This document shows positions 1 to 11,003 of a stretch of DNA of 64,000 nucleotides, piece by piece (positions within the stretch are counted from its first letter, which is position 1; every line of letters begins with the position of its first letter). A program made the translations under genes and the position numbers. The DNA is taken from the NCBI GenBank assembly GCA_963737265.1, contig CAVTRY010000012.1:96001-160000 (forward strand), in the 5' to 3' direction. Below the pieces are notes generated by a model that did not search any database, was not told the DNA's origin, and saw only the letters and a list, made by a program, of their open reading frames with translations. Origin of the DNA: an uncultured delta proteobacterium. Lineage in GTDB: Bacteria > Myxococcota_A > Polyangia > Fen-1088.

Positions 1-351
1 CATCAAAAACCGGATGAGCACGGTGGCGAGCGCGCCCCACAGAGCCGTTGCGATCGGCCAATAGCGCCCAGCCCGTCGGCGCACGCGCGAAAAGGTGCGC
101 AGGCCGAGCCCCACATTCACCGTGGACAACATCAGCAAAAGTGTCATCCAGACCCGGCTCTGCTCGGTGTGCCGCTGCGGTGCCAGCGCGTACGTCAAGG
201 CGCCAATCAAGAAGACCGAGCCGAGGGCCGACTTGCCGATCGCCCAACGAAGGGCGCGCGTGCGCAGCTGGGCGGCCCTCACGTGGCGCAGGGATCGCCC
301 GGCGGCGGGATCGGAAGGGTTCGCGGCGCTGTCAGGGCGATCCTTGTCCAT
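1..351 (-). CDS. Hypothetical membrane protein, runs off the window edge
   Basis: Open frame from ATG at 351 (MDKDRPDS...) with three hydrophobic stretches; no stop before position 1. Confidence 0.55.
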   Translation of the reverse strand, partial: MDKDRPDSAANPSDPAAGRSLRHVRAAQLRTRALRWAIGKSALGSVFLIGALTYALAPQRHTEQSRVWMTLLLMLSTVNVGLGLRTFSRVRRRAGRYWPIATALWGALATVLIRFLM

Positions 352-428
352 GTCCTGTCACCACACTAACCTTTGTCGCTACGACGTGCACGGAGTTGCG
401 AGCTTCCGCGCTACAATCACCCACGCCC

Positions 429-1148
429 ATGGCCGCCACGACCCACCTGGTGCTGGACATCGAAACCATTCCCGACGCCGAATTGTATTCGCCGGCGCAG
501 CCAAGCCCGGGGACGGAACGGACGTTTCCGCCCATTTTCGCCTGCAAACCCGTCGTCATCGGCGTGATGTGGCTAGATGAGAATTTGATTTGCAAGAAGA
601 CCGGAACCATCGGCGAAGGCAAGGACGAGGGCGGCATGTTGGCCGACTTCGCCGAGTTCATGGCCAAGTGGGAGCCCACCTTGGTGACCTGGAACGGCCG
701 CGGCTTCGATTTGCCCGTGCTCATGCTGCGCAGCCTACGTTACGGCGTCTCCGCACCTTGGTACTACCGCAAGCCGGGCTATCGCTATCGCTACAGCACC
801 GACGGCCACCTGGATCTGTGCGACGTCCTTTCCGACCATGGCGCCACCCGCATGACCTCGCTCCATGGCGCCGCCCGCCTGATCGGACTGCCGGGCAAAG
901 ACGGCGTCGATGGCAGCCAGGTCGAGGCGCTCTATCGCACGGGCCAGATCGAAGCGCTTCGCGGCTACTGTCTGTCCGACGTCGCGCAAACCGCGTTCCT
1001 GTTTCTGCGCTATCGCTTGCTCGCCGGCACGCTGGATCGCGCGGCCTACACGGTGGCGGCAAGCAATCTCCTAGCCGCGATTGCCGCCGATGCGCGCCTG
1101 ACGCCTTTGGTCGGCCGCATCGATCGGGCCCGGCTCCTGCTCGAGTAG
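429..1148 (+). CDS. Stand-alone PolB-like 3'-5' exonuclease (DEDDy)
   Basis: ExoI LDIETIPD, ExoII WNGRGFDLP, ExoIII YCLSDV. Confidence 0.85.
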   Translation: MAATTHLVLDIETIPDAELYSPAQPSPGTERTFPPIFACKPVVIGVMWLDENLICKKTGTIGEGKDEGGMLADFAEFMAKWEPTLVTWNGRGFDLPVLMLRSLRYGVSAPWYYRKPGYRYRYSTDGHLDLCDVLSDHGATRMTSLHGAARLIGLPGKDGVDGSQVEALYRTGQIEALRGYCLSDVAQTAFLFLRYRLLAGTLDRAAYTVAASNLLAAIAADARLTPLVGRIDRARLLLE

Positions 1149-1201
1149 CAGCGGCGCCATTGGGACGGCCGCGCTAGCATGTGAAGCTCGTCCAAATTCC
1201 G

Positions 1202-3082
1202 ATGCACGTCCTGCTGATCACACCGCCCATGGTGCAATTCAACACGGCCTACCCGGCCGTGCCCACGCTCGCGGCGTTCTTGCGCAGGCACGGGCACGAG
1301 GTCGCGCAGGAGGACCTGTCGCTGGCGCTGGCCCTGCGGCTCTTCTCGGCGTCGGGCGTGGCCGCCGTCGATCGCGTGCTTCGCCGAAAATTCCAAAAGC
1401 GGCGCCCACCACCGTCGGCAAAGCACTTTCTTGCCAATGCGCCACGCATGCGCGAGATCGTGACCGATCTCGTCCGCTTTCTGCAAGGACGCGCGCCTGA
1501 GCTGGCGGAACGTTTCGCCCAGCCGCGAAGCTTGCCTGAAGGCCCGCGTTTCAAGGCGCTGCGCGGGCTCGTCGACGGGGAAGAGGAAGGCGTGGTTGCT
1601 CGCCATCGCGGAAGCGTGTTTCTCGACGAGATCGCAGATGCTGTGCGCGACGGCATCGATGAGCGTTTCGAGCTGGCTCGCTACGCCGAGCACTTGGCCG
1701 CGGATGCCAGTGGCTTCGAGCCGTTAGCCCGAGCGCTGCTTCGTCGGCCGACCCTGCTCGACCGCTGGATCGATGAGCTGGCGGACGAGGCTTGGCACAA
1801 GCACCGGCCGCGGGTCGTGGGCTTGACCGTGCCTTTTCCCGGCGCGCTCTATGGCGCGTTTCGCATCGCCCAGCGGATGAAGGCGCGGGATGCTCGCGTG
1901 GCCACCGTCCTCGGCGGCGGATACGTCAACACCGAGCTGCGCGAGCTGGGCGAGCCGCGCGTGTTCGATACCTTCGACTATGTCGCCTACGACGACGGCG
2001 AAATTCCGCTACTGCGAATCCTTCAATCCTTGAAAAATTCAGCCTTGGAAAATCCAGCCTTGGAAAATCCAACATCGGTCTCGGGCCTCGTGCGCACACG
2101 TATCCGCCAGCGCGGCCGGGTCGTGCTGTTTAACGATGCCACGGCGCCACCGCTGCGACATCGGGACCGGCCAGCTCCGGATTTCTCGCCGCTCGCCAGC
2201 GCCGGCTACGTCGCCATGGCCGAGAGCCCCAATCCCATGCACCGCCTGTGGTCCGAGCGGCCGTGGATCAAGCTGACGCTCGCTCACGGTTGCTACTGGC
2301 ACCGCTGCGCCTTCTGCGACACGTCGCTCGACTACATTCGCAGCTACGATCCTGCCGATGCCGAAACCATCGTCGCCTGGATGGTGCGCGCAATCGACGA
2401 CACCGGCCTGCGTGGCTTCCACTTCGTCGACGAGGCCGCGCCGCCCGCCCTGCTGGGCAGGTTATCGACTCTCATCCTCGAACGGGGACTGCAGGTCGAG
2501 TGGTGGGCCAATATCCGCTTCGAAAAGCAATACACCCCGGAGCTGGCGCAGCTCATGGCGCGTTCGGGCTGCCTGGCCATGAGCGGCGGCCTCGAGTGCG
2601 CCCACGACCGCCTGCTCAAGCTCATGGACAAAGGCATCACCACCGCGCAGGCGGCGGTGGCCATGAGGTCGCTCGCCGATGCGGGGATTCTCGTCCACGC
2701 CTATTTGATGTACGGCTATCCGACGCAAACCGCGCAAGAAACCATCGATGCCCTAGAATTCGTACGCAATCTATTTGCCGAGGGTTGGGTGCATTCCGCC
2801 TACTGGCACCGCTTCGCTCTCACCGCGCACAGCCCAGCCTTTCGCGACGCCAGCAAGTTGCGACTGCGCATCCTCGATGCGCGCGAGACCGCGTTTTCCC
2901 GCAACGAAATTCCCTTCGACGAGCCGGGGCGCGACGATCCCGGCGTCTTCGGTGAAGGCCTGCGCCGAGCGGTGTACAACTTCATGCACGGGGTAGGCCT
3001 CGACCACGACGTGCGCACCTGGTTCGAATTTCGCGTGCCGGCCGCAACAAAGGGGGCGGACAGCTCGCTGGTTCCGGGTTAA
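1202..3082 (+). CDS. B12-binding-domain radical SAM protein
   Basis: GCYWHRCAFC CxxxCxxC motif; N-terminal LLITPP...TAYPA; HFVDEAAPP. Confidence 0.85.
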   Translation: MHVLLITPPMVQFNTAYPAVPTLAAFLRRHGHEVAQEDLSLALALRLFSASGVAAVDRVLRRKFQKRRPPPSAKHFLANAPRMREIVTDLVRFLQGRAPELAERFAQPRSLPEGPRFKALRGLVDGEEEGVVARHRGSVFLDEIADAVRDGIDERFELARYAEHLAADASGFEPLARALLRRPTLLDRWIDELADEAWHKHRPRVVGLTVPFPGALYGAFRIAQRMKARDARVATVLGGGYVNTELRELGEPRVFDTFDYVAYDDGEIPLLRILQSLKNSALENPALENPTSVSGLVRTRIRQRGRVVLFNDATAPPLRHRDRPAPDFSPLASAGYVAMAESPNPMHRLWSERPWIKLTLAHGCYWHRCAFCDTSLDYIRSYDPADAETIVAWMVRAIDDTGLRGFHFVDEAAPPALLGRLSTLILERGLQVEWWANIRFEKQYTPELAQLMARSGCLAMSGGLECAHDRLLKLMDKGITTAQAAVAMRSLADAGILVHAYLMYGYPTQTAQETIDALEFVRNLFAEGWVHSAYWHRFALTAHSPAFRDASKLRLRILDARETAFSRNEIPFDEPGRDDPGVFGEGLRRAVYNFMHGVGLDHDVRTWFEFRVPAATKGADSSLVPG

Positions 3083-3100
3083 CGTCCGCTCCAACAAGCC

Positions 3101-5713
3101 ATGCCAAGACCCTTCGTCCAACCCGGCACCCAAACCCACTTCGCCCCGGACTGCCCGGTCACGGTCAAGCACCTGCGGCTCGACGTCGAACCGGATCTGC
3201 AAACGCGCAGCCTGCGCGGTCAGGTGACGCTCGCGCTGCAAAGCCGCCGCGACGATCTCGACGCCGTCGAGCTAGACGCGGTGGACATGACCTTCGCCGC
3301 CATTTCCGTCGAAGACAAGCCGGCGCCAGCCTTCCACTACGACGGCAAGCGACTACGCGTCGAGCTTGGCGGCACCCACGCGCGCGGCGACACCTTTCAC
3401 CTTTCCGTCGCCTACCACTGCACGCCGGCTCGCGGCCTTTACTTCGTTGGCCCGGACGAAGGTCATCCCAATCGGCCGCGCGAGTGCTGGTCTCAAGGCC
3501 AGGACGAGGATTCGCGCCACTACTTCCCATGCGTCGATGCACCGCTACTGAAAGCAACCAGCGAAGTGCTGTGTACGGCGCCTTCCAATCTTTTCGTGCT
3601 GTCGAACGGCGATCTGCGCGAGCAGCGCGATCTCGGGAACGGCCGCACCATGTGGCACTACGGCCTCGATATCCCGCACTCGCCCTATCTCGTGACGCTG
3701 GTATGCGGGGAATTCTCCGAGATCAAGGATCGCGCGCCGGACACGGGCGTGGACGTCTACTACTACGGACCCAAGGGTCGCGAAGCCGATTTGCGGCGCA
3801 GTTTGAAGGCGACGCCGGCGCTCATCGATTTCTTTTCGAAAACCATCGGCGTGACCTACCCGTTCCGCCGTTACAGCCAGATCTTCGTGTCGGATTTCAT
3901 TTTCGGCGGCATGGAAAACACCACGGCGACCACGCTCACGGCCGAAGCCATGCTCGACGAACGCGCCGCCATCGACCAGGACATCGAGTCGCTCGTCGCG
4001 CACGAGCTGGCGCACCAGTGGTGGGGCGATCTGCTGACCTGCCGCGAATGGCCCGAGGCGTGGCTCAACGAAGGCTTCGCAACCTACTTCGAGTATATCT
4101 GGCGCACGCATTCGCGCGGTCGCGACGAGGCCGATGTCGACCTTTTGGGCGATCTCGACACCTATCTCGACGAGGCGGGCGAATACCAGCGCCCCATCGT
4201 GTGTCGCCAGTTCGAAGAACCCATCGATCTTTTCGACCGCCATTTGTACGAGAAGGGCAGCCGCGTGCTGCACATGCTTCGTCATGAGCTCGGCGACGAC
4301 GTCTTTTGGCGCGCCTTGCGCCTCTATGCCGAACGCCACGCCCGCTGTTCGGTGGAGACGCGCGATCTCGCACGCGCCGTCGAGGAGGCGGCCGGCCGCA
4401 ACCTCGATCGCTTCTTCCATCAGTGGATCGACAACCCCGGCCATCCCGACATCGAGTGCAGCTGGGAGTGGGACGCCGACAAGCGCGTGGGCTCCCTGCG
4501 CGTGGAGCAAAAACAAGCAGGCGAGAAGGTCTATGACCTGCGCGCCTGCGTGCGCCTGGAAGTCGCCGGCCAAGAGCGCGACGAATGGGTCCACCTGACC
4601 CAGCGCTCGCACACCTTCGAATTTCGCCTTGACCAGGCGCCCACGCAATTGGTCTTCGATCCCGGCGACATCCTGCTCAAAACCGTCAAGTTCGATAAGG
4701 CTCGTCCATTGTGGCTGCGCCAGCTTGCCGGCGCCCGTTTGGGCATCGACCGCCTGCTCGCCGCGCGTGCCCTGGCCGACAAGCCCGACGCCAGCGGTGT
4801 GGCCGCGTTGCGCACGGCGCTCGAATCCGAGTCCTTCTGGGCCGTTCGCGCGGCCGCCGCCAGCGCGCTTGGGAAAACGCGGCGCCAGGATGCCCTGGAG
4901 GCGCTGCTGGCCGCGCGCACGCAGGACCATCCCAAGGTGCGGCGGGCGGTTGCATCGGCGCTGGGAGAATTCCGCATCGATTTCGATCCTGGCAACGCGC
5001 GCGGCGCCGAATTGCTTGAGACATGGGCACGCGAAGGCGATCCGAGTTGCTTCGTCGAGGCCACCGTGGCGCTGTCGCTCGGACGCACGCGCTCGCCGCG
5101 CGCCGTGGAGGTGCTTACCCCAGTGCTCGAACGCCGCGCGTACATGGACACGATTCGGGCGCGCGCTCTCGAAGGTCTGGGTGCCACCGCCGACGACGCT
5201 GCCTTGCCGGTGGTCGAAGGAGCGATCACGCGCGCGGCTTCGTTCCAGTCGCGGCGTGCGGCGGTGACCGCGCTTGGACGTTTGGCCGAAGGGACGGCCC
5301 ATGCCCGGCGGGCACGCGAGCGTCTGGAAGCCTGCCTTGCCGACCCCGACTTCCGCGTGCGCATGGACGCCGCCTTGGCCCTCGCCGAAATCGGCGATCG
5401 GCGATCCATTGCCGCCATAGAACAGGCGCGCGCCGCCGAGCTCGACGGCCGAGCCAAGCGCCGCTTCCGCAATGCCATCTCGCAGTTGCGCGAAAAGGGC
5501 ACGCCGGGTGAAAATCTGCGCAAGCTCAACGAGGAGGTCGAACGGCTGCGCGGCGAATCCACGCGACTGCGCGAGCGCGTTGAGAAGCTCGAAGCCCGTC
5601 CCGCGGACGCCACACCGCCGGCACCGCCCAGCAACCCTCCCGCCGCGGCCAAGCGTCCCCGCCCGGGCTCCCACCGCGCGGCCCGCAAACCGCTTGCGCC
5701 GCGACGGCGGTAA
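3101..5713 (+). CDS. pepN: M1-family aminopeptidase N with C-terminal HEAT repeats and coiled coil
   Basis: GGMEN, HELAHQWWG and WLNEGFA zinc motifs; HEAT-like repeats (WAVRAAAASALG). Confidence 0.9.
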   Translation: MPRPFVQPGTQTHFAPDCPVTVKHLRLDVEPDLQTRSLRGQVTLALQSRRDDLDAVELDAVDMTFAAISVEDKPAPAFHYDGKRLRVELGGTHARGDTFHLSVAYHCTPARGLYFVGPDEGHPNRPRECWSQGQDEDSRHYFPCVDAPLLKATSEVLCTAPSNLFVLSNGDLREQRDLGNGRTMWHYGLDIPHSPYLVTLVCGEFSEIKDRAPDTGVDVYYYGPKGREADLRRSLKATPALIDFFSKTIGVTYPFRRYSQIFVSDFIFGGMENTTATTLTAEAMLDERAAIDQDIESLVAHELAHQWWGDLLTCREWPEAWLNEGFATYFEYIWRTHSRGRDEADVDLLGDLDTYLDEAGEYQRPIVCRQFEEPIDLFDRHLYEKGSRVLHMLRHELGDDVFWRALRLYAERHARCSVETRDLARAVEEAAGRNLDRFFHQWIDNPGHPDIECSWEWDADKRVGSLRVEQKQAGEKVYDLRACVRLEVAGQERDEWVHLTQRSHTFEFRLDQAPTQLVFDPGDILLKTVKFDKARPLWLRQLAGARLGIDRLLAARALADKPDASGVAALRTALESESFWAVRAAAASALGKTRRQDALEALLAARTQDHPKVRRAVASALGEFRIDFDPGNARGAELLETWAREGDPSCFVEATVALSLGRTRSPRAVEVLTPVLERRAYMDTIRARALEGLGATADDAALPVVEGAITRAASFQSRRAAVTALGRLAEGTAHARRARERLEACLADPDFRVRMDAALALAEIGDRRSIAAIEQARAAELDGRAKRRFRNAISQLREKGTPGENLRKLNEEVERLRGESTRLRERVEKLEARPADATPPAPPSNPPAAAKRPRPGSHRAARKPLAPRRR

Positions 5714-5739
5714 TCCGCGGTATCGACTGACGTGACGGA

Positions 5740-8160
5740 CTAAGCCGACGGAGGTGGAGGCGCCACCGGCGCGGGCGTCACCGAGCCGAGCATAGTGCCC
5801 TTGAGCTCTGGCATTTCGGTTAGCACCAGGGGCAATAGCTCGTCCATGCGCTTGACGTGGATGATCTCGATCTCCTTGCGCGGCTGCTCGGGGATATCGA
5901 TGATGTCCTTGCGGTTGCGCTCGGGCATGATGACCCGCTTGATGCCGGCGCGGTGGGCGGCGAGGAATTTTTCCTTGATGCCGCCGACGGGAAGGATCAA
6001 GCCGCGCAGGGTGATTTCGCCGGTCATGGCCACGTCGCTGCGCACCGGCTTGCCAGTCAACAGCGACACCATCGAGACGAACATGGTCACGCCGGCGGAC
6101 GGGCCATCCTTGGGAATGGCGCCGGCGGGGATGTGCAGATGGATGTCGCTGCGTTCGAGGAATCCGTCGTCGAGCCCCAGCCACTTGGCGTGTGCGCGAA
6201 TGAAGGACAGCGCCGCTTGCGCCGATTCCTTCATCACGTCGCCAAGCTGCCCGGTGAGCACCAGGTTGCCCTTGCCGTTCATGCGCGTGGCCTCGATGAA
6301 CAAGATGTCCCCGCCAACCGGCGTCCAGGCGAGCCCGGTGGCCACGCCTGCCTCGGCCGTCCGTTCCGCGACCTCGGGCAAGAATTTTTGCGGCCCGAGA
6401 AACTCAGGAATCCGTCCGATGTCGATGATCTCCTTCGGCTTGGCTTTGTCCTCGGCCACTAGCACAGCCACCGCGCGAATGACGTTGGCGGCTTCGCGCT
6501 CGAGATTACGCACCCCCGCTTCACGGGTGTAGCTGTCGATGATCTCGCACACCGCCGCGTCCTCGAACACCAGCCGCTCGTCGGTGAGGCCGTGCTCCTC
6601 GACTTGTTTCTTGAGCAAGAATTGCTTGGCGATGTTCAGCTTTTCCTCGCGCGTGTAGCCTGGAATTTCCAGCACTTCCAAGCGGTCGCGCAGGGCGGGC
6701 GGCACCGGATCGAGAATGTTCGCGGTGGCGATGAACATCACCTTCGACAGATCGAACGGCACTTCCAAATAGTGATCCGAAAAGGCATGGTTCTGCTCGG
6801 GATCGAGAACTTCGAGTAACGCCGCCGCGGGGTCGCCGCGGAAATCGTGGCCGAGCTTGTCAATCTCGTCGAGCATGAAGATGGGGTTGTTCGACCCGAC
6901 CTTCTTCATGCCCTGGATGATGCGTCCCGGAAGCGAGCCGACGTAGGTGCGCCGGTGCCCGCGGATCTCGGCTTCATCGCGCACGCCGCCCAACGAAATA
7001 CGCATGAATTTTCGTCCGAGCGCGCGGGCTATGGACTTGCCGAGCGAGGTCTTGCCCACGCCGGGCGGGCCGACGAGGCAAAGGATCGGCCCCTTCTTGT
7101 CGGTCTTGAGCTTGCGTACAGCGAGATATTCGAGAATGCGCTTTTTGACCTTTTCGAGGTCGTAGTGATCCGCGTTGAGAATGTCGCGCGCAGCGGGGAT
7201 CTCGAGCTTGTCCTCGGTCGTGATGGACCAAGGCAGCTCGACCAGCCATTCGAGGTAGGTCCGCGTGACGGTGTATTCGGCCGACGACGGCTGCATGACC
7301 TTGAGGCGTTCGAGCTGTTTGAGCGCCACCTTTTCGCTGTCGGCGGGCAGCTTGGCCGTCGCGATCTTCTCGCGGAAATCGTCGAGGTCGCCGCCGGTCT
7401 CGTCGATCTCGCCAAGCTCTTCCTTGATCGCCTTGAGCTGCTGGCGCAGGACGTATTCGCGCTGGTTGCGCCCCATCTCCTCCTGTACCTGGGTGTTGAT
7501 CTTCTCGCGGACTTTCAACACCTCGTGCTGGCGGGAAAGGAACTGCAGCACGCGCCGCAGCCGCGCCTTGAGGTCGAAGATTTCCAAAATCTCCTGTTTC
7601 TCGTCGACCTGCACGTCGAGGTTGGACGTGATGAGATCGGCCAGCTGGCCGGGTTCGCTCACACTGTCGAGCAGCGCCGACGCTTCCTTGGGCAGCTCGG
7701 GCATGAGCTTGATCACGCGCTTGGCGACGTCCTTGACGTTGCTCACCAGGGCGTCGAGCTCGGCCGACGATCCGGGCGGGTCGGGCAGCACCTGGATCTT
7801 GGCCATCATATAAGGATCCTGCATCCCCAGCTCAACCATCCGCACGCGCGAAACGCCCTGTAAAATGACCGAGAAGCTGTCCTTGGCCAGCTTGATCACC
7901 TTGAGAATGCGCGCGGCGCAACCCACGGTGTACAGATCGGCCGGTCCCGGCTCCTCCACGCGTGCGTCGCGCTGGGTGACGATGGCGATGATCGGTTTTT
8001 CCTTCGAAATCGCCTCTTCGACCAGCTTGACCGATTTCTTGCGACCGACATCGATGGGAATAATCGAGTTCGGGAATAAAACCGAGTTTCGCAACGGAAG
8101 GACGGGCAGGAACTCGGGAATTTCGATCGGCCCCTCGGGAACAGGCTTCTTCGGCGACAT
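5740..8160 (-). CDS. lon: ATP-dependent Lon protease
   Basis: LPVLPLRN N-domain, Walker A GPPGVGKTS, catalytic PKDGPSAG, GGIKEK. Confidence 0.97.
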   Translation of the reverse strand: MSPKKPVPEGPIEIPEFLPVLPLRNSVLFPNSIIPIDVGRKKSVKLVEEAISKEKPIIAIVTQRDARVEEPGPADLYTVGCAARILKVIKLAKDSFSVILQGVSRVRMVELGMQDPYMMAKIQVLPDPPGSSAELDALVSNVKDVAKRVIKLMPELPKEASALLDSVSEPGQLADLITSNLDVQVDEKQEILEIFDLKARLRRVLQFLSRQHEVLKVREKINTQVQEEMGRNQREYVLRQQLKAIKEELGEIDETGGDLDDFREKIATAKLPADSEKVALKQLERLKVMQPSSAEYTVTRTYLEWLVELPWSITTEDKLEIPAARDILNADHYDLEKVKKRILEYLAVRKLKTDKKGPILCLVGPPGVGKTSLGKSIARALGRKFMRISLGGVRDEAEIRGHRRTYVGSLPGRIIQGMKKVGSNNPIFMLDEIDKLGHDFRGDPAAALLEVLDPEQNHAFSDHYLEVPFDLSKVMFIATANILDPVPPALRDRLEVLEIPGYTREEKLNIAKQFLLKKQVEEHGLTDERLVFEDAAVCEIIDSYTREAGVRNLEREAANVIRAVAVLVAEDKAKPKEIIDIGRIPEFLGPQKFLPEVAERTAEAGVATGLAWTPVGGDILFIEATRMNGKGNLVLTGQLGDVMKESAQAALSFIRAHAKWLGLDDGFLERSDIHLHIPAGAIPKDGPSAGVTMFVSMVSLLTGKPVRSDVAMTGEITLRGLILPVGGIKEKFLAAHRAGIKRVIMPERNRKDIIDIPEQPRKEIEIIHVKRMDELLPLVLTEMPELKGTMLGSVTPAPVAPPPPSA

Positions 8161-8278
8161 TGTTGGGATCGTAGTACGCACGGAACCTGCCTGCGACAAG
8201 TTTCCGCAGCGAAAAAGATCGCCCGGGCGACGCCTGAGGGAATCCGCCGCGCTCGGTCCGGGTTACCGCGACAGGCCC

Positions 8279-9442
8279 CTAACGTCGTTTTTCGGGCTGG
8301 CCGGGCTTGGGAACCGCGACGCCAGAGGTGTTCGACTGACCCGGCATCCCAACTTCGCGCTTCACGCCGTGGTGGGCCAAGATCTTCCCCTCGATCTTTC
8401 TCGCGACATCAGGGTGCTCGCGCAGGAACTGCTTGGCGTTCTCGCGCCCTTGGCCGATGCGTTCGCCCTCGAAGGCAAACCAGGCGCCCGACTTCTCGAC
8501 TGCCTCGCACTCGGCCCCAAGGTCGACCAAGTCGCCCTCGTGGCTGACGCCTTCGCCGTACATGATGTCGAATTCGACCTCACGGAACGGCGGCGCCATC
8601 TTGTTTTTCACGACCTTTACGCGCGTGCGGTTGCCCACGACCTTTTCGCCGTCCTTGAGGGCGCCGACGCGGCGGATGTCGAGGCGCACGCTGGCGTAGA
8701 ACTTGAGCGCGTTGCCGCCTGTCGTGGTCTCCGGGTTGCCGAACATCACGCCGATCTTCATGCGGATCTGGTTGATGAAGATCACCAGCGTGTTGGACTT
8801 GGAGATGGTGCCGGTCAGCTTGCGCAGGGCTTGGCTCATGAGGCGGGCCTGCAACCCCACGTGAGAATCGCCCATCTCGCCTTCGAGCTCGGCCCGTGGG
8901 GTGAGAGCGGCGACCGAGTCCACCACCACGACGTCGACGGCGCCCGAGCGCACCAGCATCTCGGTAATCTCCAAGGCCTGCTCGCCGTGATCGGGCTGCG
9001 ACACGAGAAGGTCGTCGGTCTTCACGCCCAGCTTGCGCGCATAGCCAACGTCGAGCGCGTGTTCCGCGTCGACGAAGGCGCAGATGCCGCCCGAGCGCTG
9101 CGCTTGCGCCACCACATGCAGCGCCAGGGTCGTCTTGCCCGAGGACTCAGGTCCATAGATTTCAACGATGCGTCCGCGCGGCAGGCCGCCCATGCCGAGT
9201 GCGATGTCCAGCCCGAGCGCGCCAGTGGGAACGACCTGCACCTCGGGTGGCGCGATGTCTTCGCCGAGGCGCATGATGCTGCCCTTGCCAAACTGCTTTT
9301 CGATGGTCGAAACCGCCAGCTCGATGGCCCGGTCGCGGCCAGCATCGCGCACCGCTGGCGGTGCCTTGCCGATATCTGGCTTACTATCGGCCTTGCTGTC
9401 GGCCTTGGTTTCCTTCTGTTCGCTTCGATCGAGATTCGCCAT
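8279..9442 (-). CDS. recA: Recombinase RecA
   Basis: [39 protein letters not shown]. Confidence 0.98.
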   Translation of the reverse strand: MANLDRSEQKETKADSKADSKPDIGKAPPAVRDAGRDRAIELAVSTIEKQFGKGSIMRLGEDIAPPEVQVVPTGALGLDIALGMGGLPRGRIVEIYGPESSGKTTLALHVVAQAQRSGGICAFVDAEHALDVGYARKLGVKTDDLLVSQPDHGEQALEITEMLVRSGAVDVVVVDSVAALTPRAELEGEMGDSHVGLQARLMSQALRKLTGTISKSNTLVIFINQIRMKIGVMFGNPETTTGGNALKFYASVRLDIRRVGALKDGEKVVGNRTRVKVVKNKMAPPFREVEFDIMYGEGVSHEGDLVDLGAECEAVEKSGAWFAFEGERIGQGRENAKQFLREHPDVARKIEGKILAHHGVKREVGMPGQSNTSGVAVPKPGQPEKRR

Positions 9443-9513
9443 TTCTTCTCCTAAGAAAAGGACCTGGGGTCCTTTACACCATCGAGTAAAGCCCGCCGGC
9501 ACTCACGCGTGGA

Positions 9514-10995
9514 TCACATGAAATACCGACGGGCCATTTCGAGCGCGCAGTAGGCCGCAGCCTTGCGAATGCGCTCGCGGTCGCCGGAAAAAAGCTTCGT
9601 CGAGGACTTCGTCGGACGCGATCCCGCGACGCCAAAACAGACCGTGCCAGCGGGCTTTTCGCCTGGCACGCGCACGGCAGTGGGAGCGGGGCGGCCGTCC
9701 ATCTTGCTCCCGGCAATCCCCGTGATGGCAACGGCAATCGTGGCGTTGGTCAGCTTGCGCAGGCCCTCGGCCATGGCGCGTGCGCACGGCTCGCTGACGG
9801 CGCCGTGCTCGGTCAGGAGCTCGGCGTTCACGCCCAGCATGTTGACCTTGATGTCGTTGGCGTAGGCCATCACGCCGCCCAGGAAGAAATCGCTCGATCC
9901 AGGTTCAGACGTGATGAGCTGGCCCGCGTAGCCCGCGGTGCACGACTCGGCCAGAGCCAAGGTGGCCTTGGCTTCGCGAAGTGTGTTGCCGACCACCATG
10001 GGAAAGGTTTCCCCGTCGATGCCGTAGATGCCCTGCCCGATACGCTTGCGCAGCTCGTGATCGACCTGTTCCAAGACGGCTTGGCTCTTGGCGAAGTCGT
10101 TGGTACGAACCACGATCTTGACGTGGTTCTCGGGCGAGGCGGTACGAAAGTGCAGGGTCGCGTGGGGGACATTGTCGATGAGCCCAACCAGCCGGTGATC
10201 GATATGCGATTCACCCATGCCGTAGACGTGAAAGGTTCGCACGGCCGCCTTGGGCACGCCTTGGGCGCTCATACGCGCCACCAAGCGCGGCATGCAGTGG
10301 GTAAGGAAGATGCTTTCCATCTCGCGCGGAATTCCGGGCAGAAAGTACGCCTCGGCTTCACCTATCCGCACGCAGAATCCCGGCGCAATCCCGGCCGAGT
10401 TGGGAAACGCCACGGCGCCCTCGGGAACGCGCACCTGACGCAGGTTATTCGGCGTGAGCGCGAACCCATGGGCGGAAAAGCGCTGTCTCATGGCGTCGAG
10501 CGACGCGACGTGATCCGTCGCCTTCACGCCGAGGATGTCGCAAATCACATCCACGGTCCGGTCGTCGTCGGTCGGCCCGAGGCCGCCGGTGGCCACGATC
10601 ACGGAGACTTGCGCTGCCAGGTCTTCGAGCGCGGCGCGGATATCCTCGGGCGCGTCGGAGACGACGCGGTGAACGCGAACCTCGTACCCGGCATCGAACA
10701 GCCGGTCGGCCAGAAACGCGGCATTGGAATTCTCGATCTCGCCGCGCAACACCTCGTCGCCGATGGCCAGAATCGCGACCGCCCCAGGCGCGGCTTTGGT
10801 CCTCACCTTGGCGACGCCCCCATCCGATGGCGCCGATGGCGCATTGTCGGCCTTCGCGACGACAGCGACGGCCTCACCGCCGGTCCCGGCCGCCTTCGAC
10901 ATGGTGACGGGCGACTTTCGCGCAGGGTTGGGCGCCGCGGCCCGCGGTTTGAGTTTTCGCACCTCGCTGGCCGTGCTCCGCCGGAACTTAGACAT
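9514..10995 (-). CDS. cinA: Competence/damage-inducible protein CinA (MoCF domain plus PncC-like domain)
   Basis: IGDEVLRG, GGLGPTDDD, LPGIPREM, AESCTAG, GAVSE; upstream of recA; start codon uncertain. Confidence 0.92.
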   Translation of the reverse strand: MSKFRRSTASEVRKLKPRAAAPNPARKSPVTMSKAAGTGGEAVAVVAKADNAPSAPSDGGVAKVRTKAAPGAVAILAIGDEVLRGEIENSNAAFLADRLFDAGYEVRVHRVVSDAPEDIRAALEDLAAQVSVIVATGGLGPTDDDRTVDVICDILGVKATDHVASLDAMRQRFSAHGFALTPNNLRQVRVPEGAVAFPNSAGIAPGFCVRIGEAEAYFLPGIPREMESIFLTHCMPRLVARMSAQGVPKAAVRTFHVYGMGESHIDHRLVGLIDNVPHATLHFRTASPENHVKIVVRTNDFAKSQAVLEQVDHELRKRIGQGIYGIDGETFPMVVGNTLREAKATLALAESCTAGYAGQLITSEPGSSDFFLGGVMAYANDIKVNMLGVNAELLTEHGAVSEPCARAMAEGLRKLTNATIAVAITGIAGSKMDGRPAPTAVRVPGEKPAGTVCFGVAGSRPTKSSTKLFSGDRERIRKAAAYCALEMARRYFM

Positions 10996-11003
10996 TTGTT
11001 CAG
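10988..11003. promoter_or_regulatory. Candidate myxobacterial-type LexA operator
   Basis: TTAGAC-ATTT-GTTCAG has one perfect half-site of CTGAAC-N4-GTTCAG at the head of cinA-recA. Confidence 0.35.

Noticed and set aside
429-3082. Exonuclease plus radical SAM as a possible defence or modification system
   Set aside because: Both are common stand-alone families and there is no island signature or linked effector
3545-6184. Long antisense and alternative-frame ORFs (e.g. 879 aa here; also 7865-9454, 36172-37752, 60503-61906)
   Set aside because: Shadow ORFs opposite clear genes, expected from GC-rich codon bias; no motifs
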